Shown: positions 40,297-51,630, numbered from the stretch's first letter. The stretch is DNA of 64,000 nt from Vicinamibacteria bacterium (GCA_963806705.1 CAWDZE010000012.1:234826-298825), one strand, 5' to 3'. Program-made: numbers and translations. The notes: generated by a model from the letters alone, not told the origin.

Positions 40297-41598
40297 TCAC
40301 TGCGATAGCGGGGCGCTCTCCTGTCCGGCCAGCGGCGGCACGGCCGGGATATTCACCGGGCCAAGCGCGTAGGTCTCCGGGCCCAGCCGCATCGTGGACG
40401 CCATCAGCTCGTCGTAGAGGACGGCCTTCCCCGTGTAAGCCGATTCGCGGCCCATGATGGCGACCAGCGTCGCGATGGCGGTGTCTTTCGCGGTGTTGAT
40501 CGGAGTCCCCGACCTGATTGCGCGAACGAAGTCGGCGTGCTCCTGCACCAGCGAGTCCGGTCCTTCGCCCTCGAACTTCCACACGACCTTGCCATCGCGG
40601 TCGAAGATGGCGCCCTGATCCAGGCTGGCGGTGCCCCTGGTGCCGACCAGCGTCTCGTCGCGCAGGTTGGCGCATCCGCTCACCTGCCGGATGGTGCTGT
40701 GCATGTGCACGCCGTCGTCGAAGGTGTAGTCCACGCTGAAGAAGTCGTACTGGTCCCCCGTCTGCCGCCGGACGCGCCCGCCCATCCCGACCGCCTTGAC
40801 TGGCGCCTTTCCAAGCACCCACAGCATCCCGTCGAGATGATGGATGTGCTGTTCGACGATGTGGTCGCCGGAAAGCCAGTTCCAGTTGACCCAGTCGCGG
40901 ATCATCCACTCCATGTCGGACCAGCCGTCCTGCCGCGTGCGATACCATAGCGCGCCCTGATTGCGGAAAGCGCGCGCCGACAGCACGTCGCCGATGGCGC
41001 CATCGAGCACTCGATTGCGCACCTCGATGCGCGAGGCTTCGCGGCGCAGCTGCGTGCCGGTCATCACCGAGAGGCCCCTGGCGGAGGCCTGCTCGGCCGT
41101 TGCCAGCACCGCTCGTACGCCACTGGGATCCACCGCGATCGGCTTTTCGAGGAAGCTGTGCTTGCCGGCGGCCACGGCGGCGGCAAAGTGCGCCGGACGG
41201 AAATGCGGCGGCGTGCAGTGCAGCACCACGTCCACGCCGGAGTCGATCAGCTTCACGTGGGCGTCAAACCCGGTGAAGCATCGGCTCTCCGGCACATCGA
41301 TGCCTTTTTCCTTCTTCAACTGCTCTCGAGCCGCCGCGACGCGGTCGGGAAAGACATCGGCCAGCGCGGTGATTTCCAGGCCGGAGGCGGCGTCGAGGTG
41401 GTTGATCATCGCGCCGCGACCGCGGCCGCCGCAGCCGATGAGTCCTGTCTTCAGCCGACGGCCGTCTGGCGCGCGCGGCGGTCCCAGCGTCTCGCGCGAC
41501 GGCGCCTGAGGCCGGGCCGCGTTGGCCGATGCCACCAGCCCGGCCGAGACGGCGGCGACCGAGCCGAGAAAGTCACGACGATTCACCGAAGCGCTCAT
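40297..41598 (-). CDS. Tat-exported Gfo/Idh/MocA family oxidoreductase
   Basis: ATG at 41598 after GGAGGGTGAGG. Tat motif NRRDFLGSVAAVSAGL, then GLIGCGGRG and FLEKPI. Confidence 0.85.
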   Translation of the reverse strand: MSASVNRRDFLGSVAAVSAGLVASANAARPQAPSRETLGPPRAPDGRRLKTGLIGCGGRGRGAMINHLDAASGLEITALADVFPDRVAAAREQLKKEKGIDVPESRCFTGFDAHVKLIDSGVDVVLHCTPPHFRPAHFAAAVAAGKHSFLEKPIAVDPSGVRAVLATAEQASARGLSVMTGTQLRREASRIEVRNRVLDGAIGDVLSARAFRNQGALWYRTRQDGWSDMEWMIRDWVNWNWLSGDHIVEQHIHHLDGMLWVLGKAPVKAVGMGGRVRRQTGDQYDFFSVDYTFDDGVHMHSTIRQVSGCANLRDETLVGTRGTASLDQGAIFDRDGKVVWKFEGEGPDSLVQEHADFVRAIRSGTPINTAKDTAIATLVAIMGRESAYTGKAVLYDELMASTMRLGPETYALGPVNIPAVPPLAGQESAPLSQ

Positions 41599-41602
41599 GG
41601 CC

Positions 41603-42460
41603 TCACCCTCCACCCGCGGATATTGCCACAGCCGCCAGGGCAATGCCCACGGCTACCGTGACGTTGAGCGAATCAGCCTCGCGCGCGATCGGGATCCGGA
41701 TGCGCTCGGACGCCCGGGCCAGGCTGAGATCCGTGAGTCCGGGCCCTTCGGCGCCGGAGAGCAGCGCCAGCCGGTCCGGCACGCCACGCGATACGGCGAC
41801 GTCAAGCGGCATCGCACTCGAGGCGGGGGTCAGCGCCCACACCGTCACCCCGTCCTCCACGAGCGCGCGCAGCACGTCGGGCCACGGCGTCGCCTCGGCA
41901 TGCGGCACCGCCAGCGCGGCGCCGCAGGACACGCGGATGGCTTTGCGGTACAACGGGTCGCCGGTGCCGGGGCCAACCAGCACGGCGTCGACGCCAAACG
42001 CGCGCGCCGTTCGAAAGAGGCCGCCGACGTTGTCGGGGTTGCCCACGCCTTCGAGGACCAGCAGCCGGCGGGCGCCGCGCACCACGTCGCGCCACGCGTG
42101 CGGCAAGCCGCGCTCGCCCACGGCCAGGCAGCCGCGGTGCATGTTGAACCCGGTCAGACCTTCCATCCACGCTGCGGGGACGACCATCACGTCGAGCGCC
42201 GGATCGCAGGCGCCCAGCACATCGTCGAGCGCTGCGTGCGCCGTCTCGGAGACCAGCACCGCGCGGGTGCGATAGCGCGACTCGGTCAGCAGACGTCGGA
42301 CGACAAGGCGGCCCTCGGCGAGAAACAGCCCGTCGCGCCGGCGCAGCTCCGCATCGCCGACGTCGCGAAACGGCGCAAGACAAGGGTCGTCGAGCGAGAC
42401 GGGGCGACGCACCGGCACGACGCGATCATAGCGTCCCGGGAAGGAGGTTCGCGGGTTCAC
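41603..42460 (-). CDS. TrmH/SpoU family RNA 2'-O-methyltransferase
   Basis: Motifs LEGVGNPDNVGGLFRTA, LLSGAEGPGL, IPIAREADSLNV. The annotated GTG start lies inside the octamer array, so the true start is uncertain. Confidence 0.8.
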   Translation of the reverse strand: MNPRTSFPGRYDRVVPVRRPVSLDDPCLAPFRDVGDAELRRRDGLFLAEGRLVVRRLLTESRYRTRAVLVSETAHAALDDVLGACDPALDVMVVPAAWMEGLTGFNMHRGCLAVGERGLPHAWRDVVRGARRLLVLEGVGNPDNVGGLFRTARAFGVDAVLVGPGTGDPLYRKAIRVSCGAALAVPHAEATPWPDVLRALVEDGVTVWALTPASSAMPLDVAVSRGVPDRLALLSGAEGPGLTDLSLARASERIRIPIAREADSLNVTVAVGIALAAVAISAGGG

Positions 42461-42523
42461 CGGTTCACGAGTTCACAGGTTACGGGTGCACGGGTTCCGA
42501 GGTTCGAAGGTTCACGGGTTCGG
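42445..42523. repeat. Octamer tandem array, reverse orientation (NGGTTCAC, ~10 units)
   Basis: aggttcgc gggttcac cggttcac gagttcac aggttac gggtgcac gggttccg aggttcga aggttcac gggttcgg. Confidence 0.95.
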
Positions 42524-42644
42524 CATGCATCGTCGGGCTGATCACACACACGGTGCACCGGCCGGCGCGCCAGGTGTGCAATCGCGGCGTAGCCGCGCTC
42601 ACGTTCGCTCGAAGGGGCGGAGTTCGGGCCTGATGTACCAGGTT

Positions 42645-42664
42645 GCCCGAACTAAAGTTCGGGC
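42645..42664 (-). terminator. Hairpin spanning the stop codon of the heme-binding dehydrogenase gene
   Basis: gcccgaac taaa gttcgggc forms an 8-bp stem. No U-tract. Confidence 0.4.
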
Positions 42665-45600
42665 CTACGTGCTTCCTTCAGCGTCGTAAGGAATCCGAGC
42701 AGGTCGGCGATCTCTTGCGGCGTCATCGCTTTGAGCAGCCCCTCGGGCATCGTTGACACGGCCGTCGCCTTCCTCGACGTGATGTCGGCTGGCGCGAGCT
42801 TGACGTCCTGGTTCTGATCAACGCGCACCGTGACGCGCTCGGGCGTGTTCTCGACCAGCAGGCCTGTGATGGTGCCACTCGTTGCCGTCCCTATTGCCCA
42901 CGACTCGTAGCCGAACGCAATCGCCGCGCTGGGCATCGCAATCGCGTCGAGCAGCGCCTGGCGATCGAGTTTCGTGCCGATCGCCGACAGGTCGGGACCC
43001 ATCGTCGGCGGCCCTCCCAGCGAATGGCAGGCGAGGCAGAGGCCGTCGAACACTTTTCGGCCTGCCGTTGCGTCCACGCGAAAGTTCTGCTCGATCTCAC
43101 GGATGGTCGGGACGGCCAGGTTATTCCTGGCCGTGAGAGGCGGAAAGACCACGGCGGCGCGTTCGCGCGCGGCGGCAAGGGCTGCTCTGTCCGAATCGGT
43201 AGCGAATCTTCCCCTCACTGGCCCGTGCACGAGGCTGGTCGCAAGACTCTTCAACTCGGGCGGGAACGCGCCACGCTGCTGAAGCGCCGTCATGATCGCC
43301 AGCCCTTGCGGCGTCCGCGCCAGAATCCGAAGCGCCTCGGCGCGTGCGCCGTTGCCGGCGTCGCTCAGGAGAATTGTCTCGGCGCGCGCCTCGAGATCGG
43401 GAATCTTCAGCAGGCTCAACGCGTGCACAGCCGAGCGCTGGACAGCGGGCGGCCCGCCCTTCCACAGGCGTTCGAGTTCCGGGAGCAAGGCCGGGTCTTG
43501 CGCGATGGCCGCTGCGTCAAGCGCCGCGGCGCGGACCTCCTCGCTGGCGGCCGGCGATTGTGCCAGCGCCATCAACTCGGGCGTGAACTGCAGATCGCCC
43601 AGTGCGCTCACCAACTGCAAGGCCGCGGCCTGCCATCCCGGCGTCGCCAGGGCCTTCTTCACCACAACAGGAAGCTGCGCGCTCGCGCGCGCATCCGTCC
43701 ACTGGCTGAACAACTGTCGGCGCAGGTGCTCGAACGCTCTGGTGCCAATCGCGACCGGCGTCGACTCCGTCGTGATGATGGACTCCACGGCCCGCGCGGC
43801 ATCGGGCGACGCCATTGCGGCCAGCGCGTCCAGCGCCTCGATGCGCTGGCGATCGCCGAGCCCGGTGTCCGAGAGAATGGCGGCGAGATACGGCAGCGAG
43901 GCCGGCGCACGAAGCTCCCAGAGCAACTCGGCCCAGCTCGTGCTCCACGCCGTATTCGTCTCGCGGAGCTTATGGAACAGAGCGTCTTCGCGGCCTCGGG
44001 CGGCGATGCCGATGGCCTCGAGATACCAGCGGTCCTTCCCGTCGTACTGCTGCGCCAGCTCGACCAGGGCATTGAGCAGCGGCGCCGAAGGCGACGTCTG
44101 CGCGCCAACGGCGTAGGCCGGTGTCATGCGGGTCGGATCCTGGAGCATGACGGCAATCTCGCGCCGGACCTGAGGCGAGGCATCGCGAAGCATGGGCCGG
44201 GCGACCGCAAGGATGTCGGCGCCGTGACGATCTGCAGGACACGCAAGGCCAGGATCCGAAAGCGCGGGTCGGCGTCGAGTAGCGCGGCCTCAACCGTGCT
44301 CCGACCGGCCGGCCCGAGCCGGCCCAGCAGCCAGAGAGCCCGCGCCCGCAGAAGCGGGCCCTGACTCGACATCGCCTGAAGCAGTCCAATCGCCGCCTGT
44401 CCACGGCGCACGAGTTCGGCGTGCGCCAGGTAGAACACCGACTGCGCGGGGGACGCAAAGGCGGCCGTCAGCCCTGCGTCCGTTTGCAGATCGAGCGTTG
44501 GGACGGAAGGCTTGTGCTTCGACGGCGCCAGGCGGTAGATGCGTCCGCGTGCGCCCTGGGGATCGCCGGTCCCGTGCCCGCCCACGGCGGGGTCGTACCA
44601 ATCCGCGATGTAGACCGAGCCGTCCGGAGCGACGGCGACATCCGACGGGCGGAACCACGTGTCCTGCCCTCCCTCGACCATCTCGTCGATGCGCGACGAG
44701 AAACCAGCGCCGTCGGCGACAAGCGGATAGTGGGCCAACAGGCGTCGGCCAGCCTCCGCATGCAGCAGATGGCCGCGGTACCGCTCCGGCAGCAGCGTTC
44801 CCTCGTAGACGACCAGCCCGCAGGGCGATCCCGGCCCGAGGCGAAGGATGTTGGGCATCACTCCGGGCAGTTCGGCGTGAAAATGCGTGCCGCCGTCTTC
44901 TCCCCACGAGCGTCCACGTGGGCCACGGAATCCGTAGTTGCCGCCGCGGATCACGTAGTTGGCCCGCGTCCACGCGTTGCCGTCGTCGTCGTTGTCGGTC
45001 TGCCAGATGTCGCCGAAGGCATCGACTGCCAGCTCGTACGGGTTTCGGAAGTTCTGCGCGAGCACCTGAAGTCCGGTGCCATCAGGATTCACGGCCATCG
45101 CGACGCCTTCAAAGTAGTCGCTTGCGCCCCACTCCCGCGACCCGCGTGCCGTTCCGGACCGGAAGCGGCGACCGCACCCGTGTGCCCGCTCGATCGGTGA
45201 CGTCGAAGCCTTCGTTGCCCGCGTTGAAGTAATAGCGGCCATCGGGGCCGAACACCACCGCGTGCAGACCGTGGTCGTGGTCGACGCCGCCCCACCCGCT
45301 CAGAAGCACTTCCCTGGCGACGATTCGGTCGCGGGCGTCCTTGGTGTAGACGATGAGGTTCGGCGACTGCGAGACGATGACGCGATCGCCCAGCACGGCG
45401 ATGCCGAGAGGAGCCCGAATCTCCGGGCTCTGGTCGAACACCGTGTGTTTGTCCGCAGTGCCGTCGCCATTGGTGTCCTCGAGAATGACGATGCGGTCCC
45501 CTTCGGGGCGGACGTCCGGCTGTCCGCGAAGCTGCCGACGATAGTTCACGGCCTCGAGCACCCAGACACGCCCGCGCTCGTCGATGGCGATGTTGGTCGG

Positions 45601-45792
45601 ATTGGCCAGGCTCGGCTCGGCGGCCCAGAGCGTCACGTCGAGGCCGGGCGCGGCACGGAGCTGCCGCACGGACTCCCCCGCGGGTTGCTGACCCAGCATC
45701 GCGGCGTGAGGCGCCCCCGCGAACACAGCCAGGACAACGACAAGACCAAGGCGGATAGCGCCAGCAACGGGCGTCAGGCGAGAGGTTGCCAT
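42652..45792 (-). CDS. PVC-type heme-binding (CxxCH) membrane-bound dehydrogenase-like protein with HEAT repeats, with two apparent frameshifts
   Basis: Three collinear ORF pieces. 45109..46329 from ATG 45792 holds the signal peptide and beta-propeller-like region. 44124..45242 contains DGSVYIADWYD. 42652..44193 holds the HEAT repeats and CLACH cytochrome c domain. The junctions are near 45140-45190 and ~44230. Confidence 0.75.
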
Positions 45793-45879
45793 TGGCGGTG
45801 AAGTATTACACCCAAATCGATCGGTTTGCCTCCACGACGCCGCGGATGTATGCTGACCTCGGTAACCGAGGAGAGCGCA

Positions 45880-46215
45880 GTGAGCAAACCGCCAGACCTC
45901 GTTCAGGGCACGTTGGACCTCCTGTTGTTGAAGATTCTTGCACTCGGGCCCCTTCATGGAGTCGCCATCGGGCAGCGGCTGATGCAGGTGTCCCGCGAGG
46001 TGCTGCAGGTCAGCGACGGCTCGCTCTATCCGGCGCTTCACAAGCTGGAGCAGGAGGGCTGGATCAGCGCCGAGTGGAAGGTAAGCGAGAACAACCGCCG
46101 CGCCAAGTACTACTCCTTGACCCGATTCGGCCGGCGAGCCCTCGACCGTGAAACACGGGAGTGGAATCGCCTGTCGACCGCCATCGCTCAGGTGCTGAAG
46201 CTGGAGGAGGCATAA
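45880..46215 (+). CDS. PadR family transcriptional regulator
   Basis: GTG at 45880 lies 5 nt after AGGAG and gives MSKPPDLVQGTLDLLLLKIL, a typical PadR N-terminus. ATG 45850 is an alternative start. Confidence 0.85.
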   Translation: MSKPPDLVQGTLDLLLLKILALGPLHGVAIGQRLMQVSREVLQVSDGSLYPALHKLEQEGWISAEWKVSENNRRAKYYSLTRFGRRALDRETREWNRLSTAIAQVLKLEEA

Positions 46216-46218
46216 GCC

Positions 46219-48880
46219 GTGCGACCGGCACACTGGTCTCACACCCTGCCGTTGCGGGTTCGCTCGCTGTTCCGTCGGCGCCGGGTGGCTCAGGAGCTCG
46301 ACGAGGAACTGGAGTTCCACGTCGAACACAGGGCGGAAGTGCTCGTGCGGGATGGCCTGTCACCGACGCAGGCGCGCGAGGCGGCGCTGCGGGAGCTCGG
46401 CTCGCTGACCCGAGTGAGGGAAGACTGCCAGGACACCTGGCGTGTCCGCTGGATCGAGACATCACTGCAGGATGTGGGCTTCGGCGCCAGGCTCCTGCGC
46501 AAGAACCCGGCTTTCACCGCGGTTGCGGCGATCACTTTGGCGCTCGGCATCGGCGCGAACACGGCGATGTTCAGCCTGGTGAACGGCATCCTCCTGCGGC
46601 CCCTTCCCTACCCGGAGCCCGATCGGCTTGTCCGCATCACGGGGTCGTATCCGCAGGGCGGTCTGGTCGCGCTTCGGCAACAGGCCACGGCGGCGGACGT
46701 GGCCAGCTATGCCGAGGGCCACGACTTCAACATGACCGGCCGCGGCGACCCGGTGCGCCTGACCGGGACTCGCGTTTCAGCCGAGCTCTTCTCTGTCCTC
46801 GGCGTCCGCGCAGCCGTGGGCCGGACGTTTGTCGCGGGCGAGGATCGTCCCGGGCGCGACGGAATCGTGGTCCTGAGCCACCAGGTCTGGACCGAGCGAT
46901 TCGGCAGCGACCGGGGCATCATCGGCCGATTCGATCACGCTCGACGGCGTTGGCGTCGAGGTCGTCGGCGTCATGCCGAATGGATTTGCGTTTCCGTCCT
47001 CGCGCACGGAAATCTGGGTCCCCCTCCATGTCGACCCTGGACGCACCGAGACGTACTGGGCCGGCGACTACATGCCGGTGGTCGCGCGGCTGCGGCCGGG
47101 CAGGACGACCGAGGCGGCCGGCGCAGAGGCTCGACTGCTGCAGTCACGGCTGCCTGCGCTCTTTCCCTGGCCGATGCCGGCTGACTGGAACAAGGACGTG
47201 AGCGCGGTCTCGCTGCAGTCGGCGATGGTCGGCGACGTCCGGACGAGACTCCTGCTGCTACTGGGAGCCGTCGCGCTGGTGCTTGGCATCGCGTGCGCCA
47301 ACGTCGCCAACCTCCTGTTGTCGCGGGGCGCGGCCCGCGAAACCGAAATGGCGGTTCGCGTCGCGATTGGCGCCGGGCGGCGCCGGATCATCCGCCAGCT
47401 GCTCACGGAGAGCGTCCTGCTGGCGATGGCTGGAGCCCTGCTGGGAGTAGCCCTGGCGGCTGCGGGCCTTCGCGTCCTGAAGTCCGTCTTGCCTGCGGAC
47501 ACGCCTCGGCTGGCCGAGGTCTCGCTCGACTGGCGCGTGCTGGGTTTTGCCGCGTCGCTTGCCGTCGCCGCGGCCATCGCGTTCGGACTGGCCCCCGCCT
47601 TTCACGCCGCGCGGCTCACGCTGACCGACTCGCTCAAGTCGGGAGCACGAGGAGGATCGGCGTCGGGCGCGCAACGAGTGCGCCGCGCGCTCGTCGTGGG
47701 CGAGGTCGCCCTTGCCGCCATGCTGGTCGTGGCGTCAGGCATTCTCATCCGCAGTTTCTGGCGCCTGTCGCACGTGGATCCTGGCTTTCGGTCAGGCGGC
47801 TTACTGACGATGCGCGTCAGCCCCGACGATGCGTTTTGCGCGAATGCGGACCGGTGCGTCAGCGTGCACCGGGCGCTGCTGGACCAGGTCCGCGCTCTTC
47901 CAGGCCTGTCAGATGCGGCCTTGATCAACACCTTGCCGCTCGACGGCAGAGTCGCCAAGCGTGCGGTTGGCGTGCAGGATTTCGTCCCAGCCAGGCGCGA
48001 GGCTGCTGAGCCGATGTTCTGGCTCAACGTCGTGTCGGCCGACTACTTTCGCGTGATGGGCATCGAGGTACTGCGCGGCCGGTCCTTCACCGACGCGGAT
48101 GCGACCGGCCAGGCGCGGGTGGCCATCGTCTCGGCGGCGACCGCGCGGCGCTTCTGGCCCGACGAAGATGCCCTGGGCAAACGCGTCAAGCTGTCGGGCC
48201 AGCAGGACTGGCATTTGGTGGTAGGTGTCGTCGCGGACGTGCGCGCCTACGATCTGCAGCGGGACGTGCCCCAGTGGCTCCACGGCACGCTGTACCTGCC
48301 CGACGGTCCCGGCGCGATCCTCGAGAATGGACGGGTGCCGGCGGCGATGACGCTGGTTGTCGCCACGGACCTGGACGCGGGATCCGCCGGCAGCATGGTT
48401 CGATCGATTGCGGCACGCGTGAACCAGGACACATCGGTGAGCGAGGTCAGGCCTCTGGCGGCGATCGTGTCGCAATCGGTGTCGGCGCCACGATCGACCA
48501 CGGCGCTGTTTGTCGTGTTCGCGGGGCTCGCCGTTGCGCTCGGGATGACCGGCATCTACGGCGTCCTGTCGTTCCTGGTCTCGCAGCGGTCGCGCGAGAT
48601 CGGCATCCGGCTCGCGCTCGGCGCCCAGCAGCGCGACGTCGTTCGCCTGGTCGTCGGCGAAGGCGCGCTCTACTCGCTGGTCGGCATCACAATCGGCCTC
48701 GTCGGCGCCGCGATCGTCACGCGCCTGATGTCGAGCGAGTTGTACGGCGTGAGCCCAACCGATCCGCTGGTATTCGGCGCCATGGCATGTCTGCTGTTCG
48801 CCGTCACGCTGCTTGCCTGCTACGTGCCAGCGCGCCGCGCGATGCGCGTGGACCCGTTGATTGCGCTGCGCGCAGAGTGA
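46219..48880 (+). CDS. ADOP-family duplicated MacB-like ABC permease, with an apparent 1-nt insertion at 46930-46931
   Basis: The N-terminal part is in ORF 46219..47184 and the remainder in ORF 46973..48880. The frames join at ...DRGIIGR|SITLDGVGVEVVGVMPNGF at a TT run. Two FtsX-like 4-TM modules are present. Confidence 0.85.
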
Positions 48881-48910
48881 ACCTGGCCTTCGCCAAGGCT
48901 ACGGCGGGCA

Positions 48911-48978
48911 GGCTGCACCGGGTCACCAGGCACTCGGCACCGCACGCGGTTCACCAGGTCACCAGGCACCCAGGCACT
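48911..48978. repeat. Degenerate octamer array (CAGGTCAC / CGGTTCAC / CAGGCACY units)
   Basis: ggctgcac cgggtcac caggcact cggcaccg cacg cggttcac caggtcac caggcacc caggcact. An AT-rich aattctc cgaatta caattgt tract follows. Confidence 0.8.
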
Positions 48979-49008
48979 CGAAATTCTCCGAATTACAATT
49001 GTTGTTAG

Positions 49009-50694
49009 ATGCGCGTTGCCCTCGCCCAGTTGAACTTCACCGTCGGGGCGTTCGACCGGAACTATCGCAAGATCGCCGATGCCGCCAGCAAGGCCAGCAG
49101 CGCCGGCGCCGATCTGCTGCTGCTGTCGGAACTGGCCACGACGGGCTACCCGCCGCGCGACCTGCTCACCCTCTCCGGTTTTGTCGACGCCAACCTGGCC
49201 ATGCGCGATCGCGTCGCCGCGCTGTCAACCGATCAGCTCGGCATCGTCGTCGGCTGCGCCGAGCCCAACGAGGCCGCCGGCGGCAAGCCGCTCTTCAACA
49301 CCGCCGTGCTGTGCCACCGGGGACAGGTCGTCGGCCGGCATCGCAAGACCCTGCTGCCGTCGTACGACGTCTTCGACGAGGACCGGTATTTCGAAGCCGG
49401 CACGACTATCGTCCCGCTGACGTTCAAGGGCGTGCGGCTGGGCGTCACGGTGTGCGAGGAAGCCTGGAACGACCCCGAGTTCTGGCCGCGGCGGTTGTAT
49501 CCGAGCGACCCGGTGGCCGACATGGCCGCACAGGGCGTCGACCTGTTCATCAACATCTCGTCGAGCCCGTTCGCGATGGGCAAGGCCGCGATTCGTCGCG
49601 ACATGATCCGCCAGCATGCCGCGAGGCATCGGGTGCCGTTCCTGTACCTGAACCAGGTGGGCGGCAACGACGAGCTGATCTTCGACGGACACTCGCTGGG
49701 TTTCGACGCCGACGGCGCCATGATCCTTCGTGCCGACGACTTCGATGAGGCGTTTGTCGTCGTGGACGTGCTGAACACTCCCGCGGCGCTGGAGCCCCGC
49801 CTCCACAACAGTAGTGAGATTCCCGGTGAGATCGCCAGGGTCAGCGAATCGCGCGAAGAGGAGGCGTGGCATGCGCTGCGGCTCGGCCTGCGCGACTACG
49901 TGTGCAAGTGCGGGTTCAGATCAGTCGTGCTCGGCCTGTCCGGTGGCATCGACTCGGCGCTCACGGCCGCCCTGGCTGCCGACGCACTGGGCCCTTCACA
50001 CGTCACCGGCATCGCCATGCCCACGCGCTACTCGTCCGATCACTCGCTGCGGGATGCCGAAGCCGTCGCCAGGAACCTGGGCATCGGCTATCACGTCGTC
50101 GCCATCGACGAGATCTTCCAGAGCTATCTCGACGCGCTGGCGCCGGTGCTACCCGGTCCCCAGGGCGTCGCCGAAGAAAACATCCAGGCACGCGTGCGCG
50201 GCGCCGCCCTGATGGCGTACTCGAACAAGCATGGAAGCTTGTTGCTCTCCACGGGGAACAAGTCCGAGCTGGCCGTCGGTTACTGCACCCTTTACGGCGA
50301 CATGTGCGGAGGGCTGGCCGTCATCAACGACGTGCCCAAGACCCTGGTGTACGACCTGGCGCGCTACGTGAACCGCCGGGCCGAGGTCATCCCCGTCTCG
50401 AGCATCACCAAGCCGCCCAGCGCCGAGTTGCGGCCGAATCAGACCGACCAGGACACGCTGCCCCCCTACGAGGTGATCGACGCGATCGTGGAAGGCTACG
50501 TCGAGCGGGGACTCGACGGCGCGGCGCTGGTCTCGCAGGGGCTCGCCCCGGACATCGTCGCTGACGTGATTGGCCGCATCGACCGCAACGAATACAAGCG
50601 GCGTCAAGCGGCGCCGGGCCTGCGCATCACGTCCAAGGCGTTCGGCGTCGGCCGGCGTTTTCCAATCGCGGCGGCTTACGACCAGCGGGCCTGA
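49009..50694 (+). CDS. nadE: Glutamine-dependent NAD+ synthetase
   Basis: 561 aa. N-terminal CN-hydrolase domain (SELATTGYPP, VCEEAWN) and C-terminal synthetase domain (GLSGGIDS, STGNKSELAVGYCTLYGD). Confidence 0.95.
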   Translation: MRVALAQLNFTVGAFDRNYRKIADAASKASSAGADLLLLSELATTGYPPRDLLTLSGFVDANLAMRDRVAALSTDQLGIVVGCAEPNEAAGGKPLFNTAVLCHRGQVVGRHRKTLLPSYDVFDEDRYFEAGTTIVPLTFKGVRLGVTVCEEAWNDPEFWPRRLYPSDPVADMAAQGVDLFINISSSPFAMGKAAIRRDMIRQHAARHRVPFLYLNQVGGNDELIFDGHSLGFDADGAMILRADDFDEAFVVVDVLNTPAALEPRLHNSSEIPGEIARVSESREEEAWHALRLGLRDYVCKCGFRSVVLGLSGGIDSALTAALAADALGPSHVTGIAMPTRYSSDHSLRDAEAVARNLGIGYHVVAIDEIFQSYLDALAPVLPGPQGVAEENIQARVRGAALMAYSNKHGSLLLSTGNKSELAVGYCTLYGDMCGGLAVINDVPKTLVYDLARYVNRRAEVIPVSSITKPPSAELRPNQTDQDTLPPYEVIDAIVEGYVERGLDGAALVSQGLAPDIVADVIGRIDRNEYKRRQAAPGLRITSKAFGVGRRFPIAAAYDQRA

Positions 50695-50702
50695 ATCCGC
50701 GT

Positions 50703-50738
50703 AATCTCTTAATCGTCAATCTCCAATCGTCAATTGAT
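50703..50738. repeat. Heptamer array (aatctct t aatcgtc aatctcc aatcgtc aattgat)
   Basis: Read directly. The gluQ TTG start (50734) lies inside it. Confidence 0.9.
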
Positions 50739-51630
50739 CACGCGCTTTGCGCCCTCGCCCACTGGCCACCTGCACCTCGGCCACCTCCTGAATGCCATCT
50801 ATGTCTGGCGCCTCGCGCGGCGCTCGGCGGGCACGGTGCGGCTGCGAATCGAGGACCACGACCGCGAGCGCTCACGCCCGGAGTTCGAACGAAGCATCCT
50901 CGACGATCTCGAGTGGCTCGGCTTCGTGCCCGACATGCCCGCCTTCGCGGCGTTCCGCGCCGGGCCCTGCGACGGTCGCCAGAGCGACCATCCGCAGCGA
51001 TATGAAGAGGCGCTCGCGCGGCTCGAGCGCGACGGGCGCGTTTACGGCTGCGCCTGCTCGAGGGCGGACATCCTGCGGAGGATGGGGGGCTCGGCGCCTT
51101 CGGCGCCGAGGGGGGCGCCCCGCGGGGAGGCGCTCGCTGGCGCTCGCGAGGGGGAGAGGCCGATCGAAGAACTGCGCTACGACGGGTTCTGCAGGACTCG
51201 AAACATCAGGCCCGGTCCTGGCGTGGGCACACGCGTTCGACTCGATCCGGGCGTCGAGAGGTTCGAGGACGAGATGCTCGGGCCGCAGCAGCAGGATCCG
51301 CTCGAGCAGTGCGGCGATGTCCTGGTGCGCGATCGGCTCGGCTATTGGACGTATCAATTCGCCGTCACCGTCGACGACCTCTTGGAGGGCATCACCGACG
51401 TCATCCGCGGGCGCGATCTCCTGGCGTCAACCGGTCGCCAGATACAACTCGCGCGCCTGCTCGGCAGATCCACACCGCCGAGGTTTCTCCATCATCCGTT
51501 GATCCTCGGCGCCGACGGCGAGAAGCTCAGCAAGTCCAGGCGTGACACCAGCCTGCGCGAGTTGCGCGCTGCGGGGCTCGGTGCGCCCGAGGTCATTGCT
51601 CGTGCCGAGGGCGCGCTGCGCGGTTCCTAA
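50734..51630 (+). CDS. gluQ: tRNA glutamyl-Q(34) synthetase
   Basis: TRFAPSPTGHLHLGH (HIGH motif). A truncated GluRS-like catalytic domain without an anticodon-binding domain. KLSKS motif (EKLSKSRRD). Confidence 0.85.
   Translation: MITRFAPSPTGHLHLGHLLNAIYVWRLARRSAGTVRLRIEDHDRERSRPEFERSILDDLEWLGFVPDMPAFAAFRAGPCDGRQSDHPQRYEEALARLERDGRVYGCACSRADILRRMGGSAPSAPRGAPRGEALAGAREGERPIEELRYDGFCRTRNIRPGPGVGTRVRLDPGVERFEDEMLGPQQQDPLEQCGDVLVRDRLGYWTYQFAVTVDDLLEGITDVIRGRDLLASTGRQIQLARLLGRSTPPRFLHHPLILGADGEKLSKSRRDTSLRELRAAGLGAPEVIARAEGALRGS

Noticed and set aside
48981-49008. An AT-rich tract (aaattctccgaattacaattgttgttag) immediately upstream of nadE, considered as a promoter -10 or UP element.
   Set aside because: It ends at the start codon, so it cannot be a complete promoter for nadE. 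It looks more like a degenerate heptamer-family tract (AATT-type units, CAATTG). It is noted under the repeat family rather than called a promoter.
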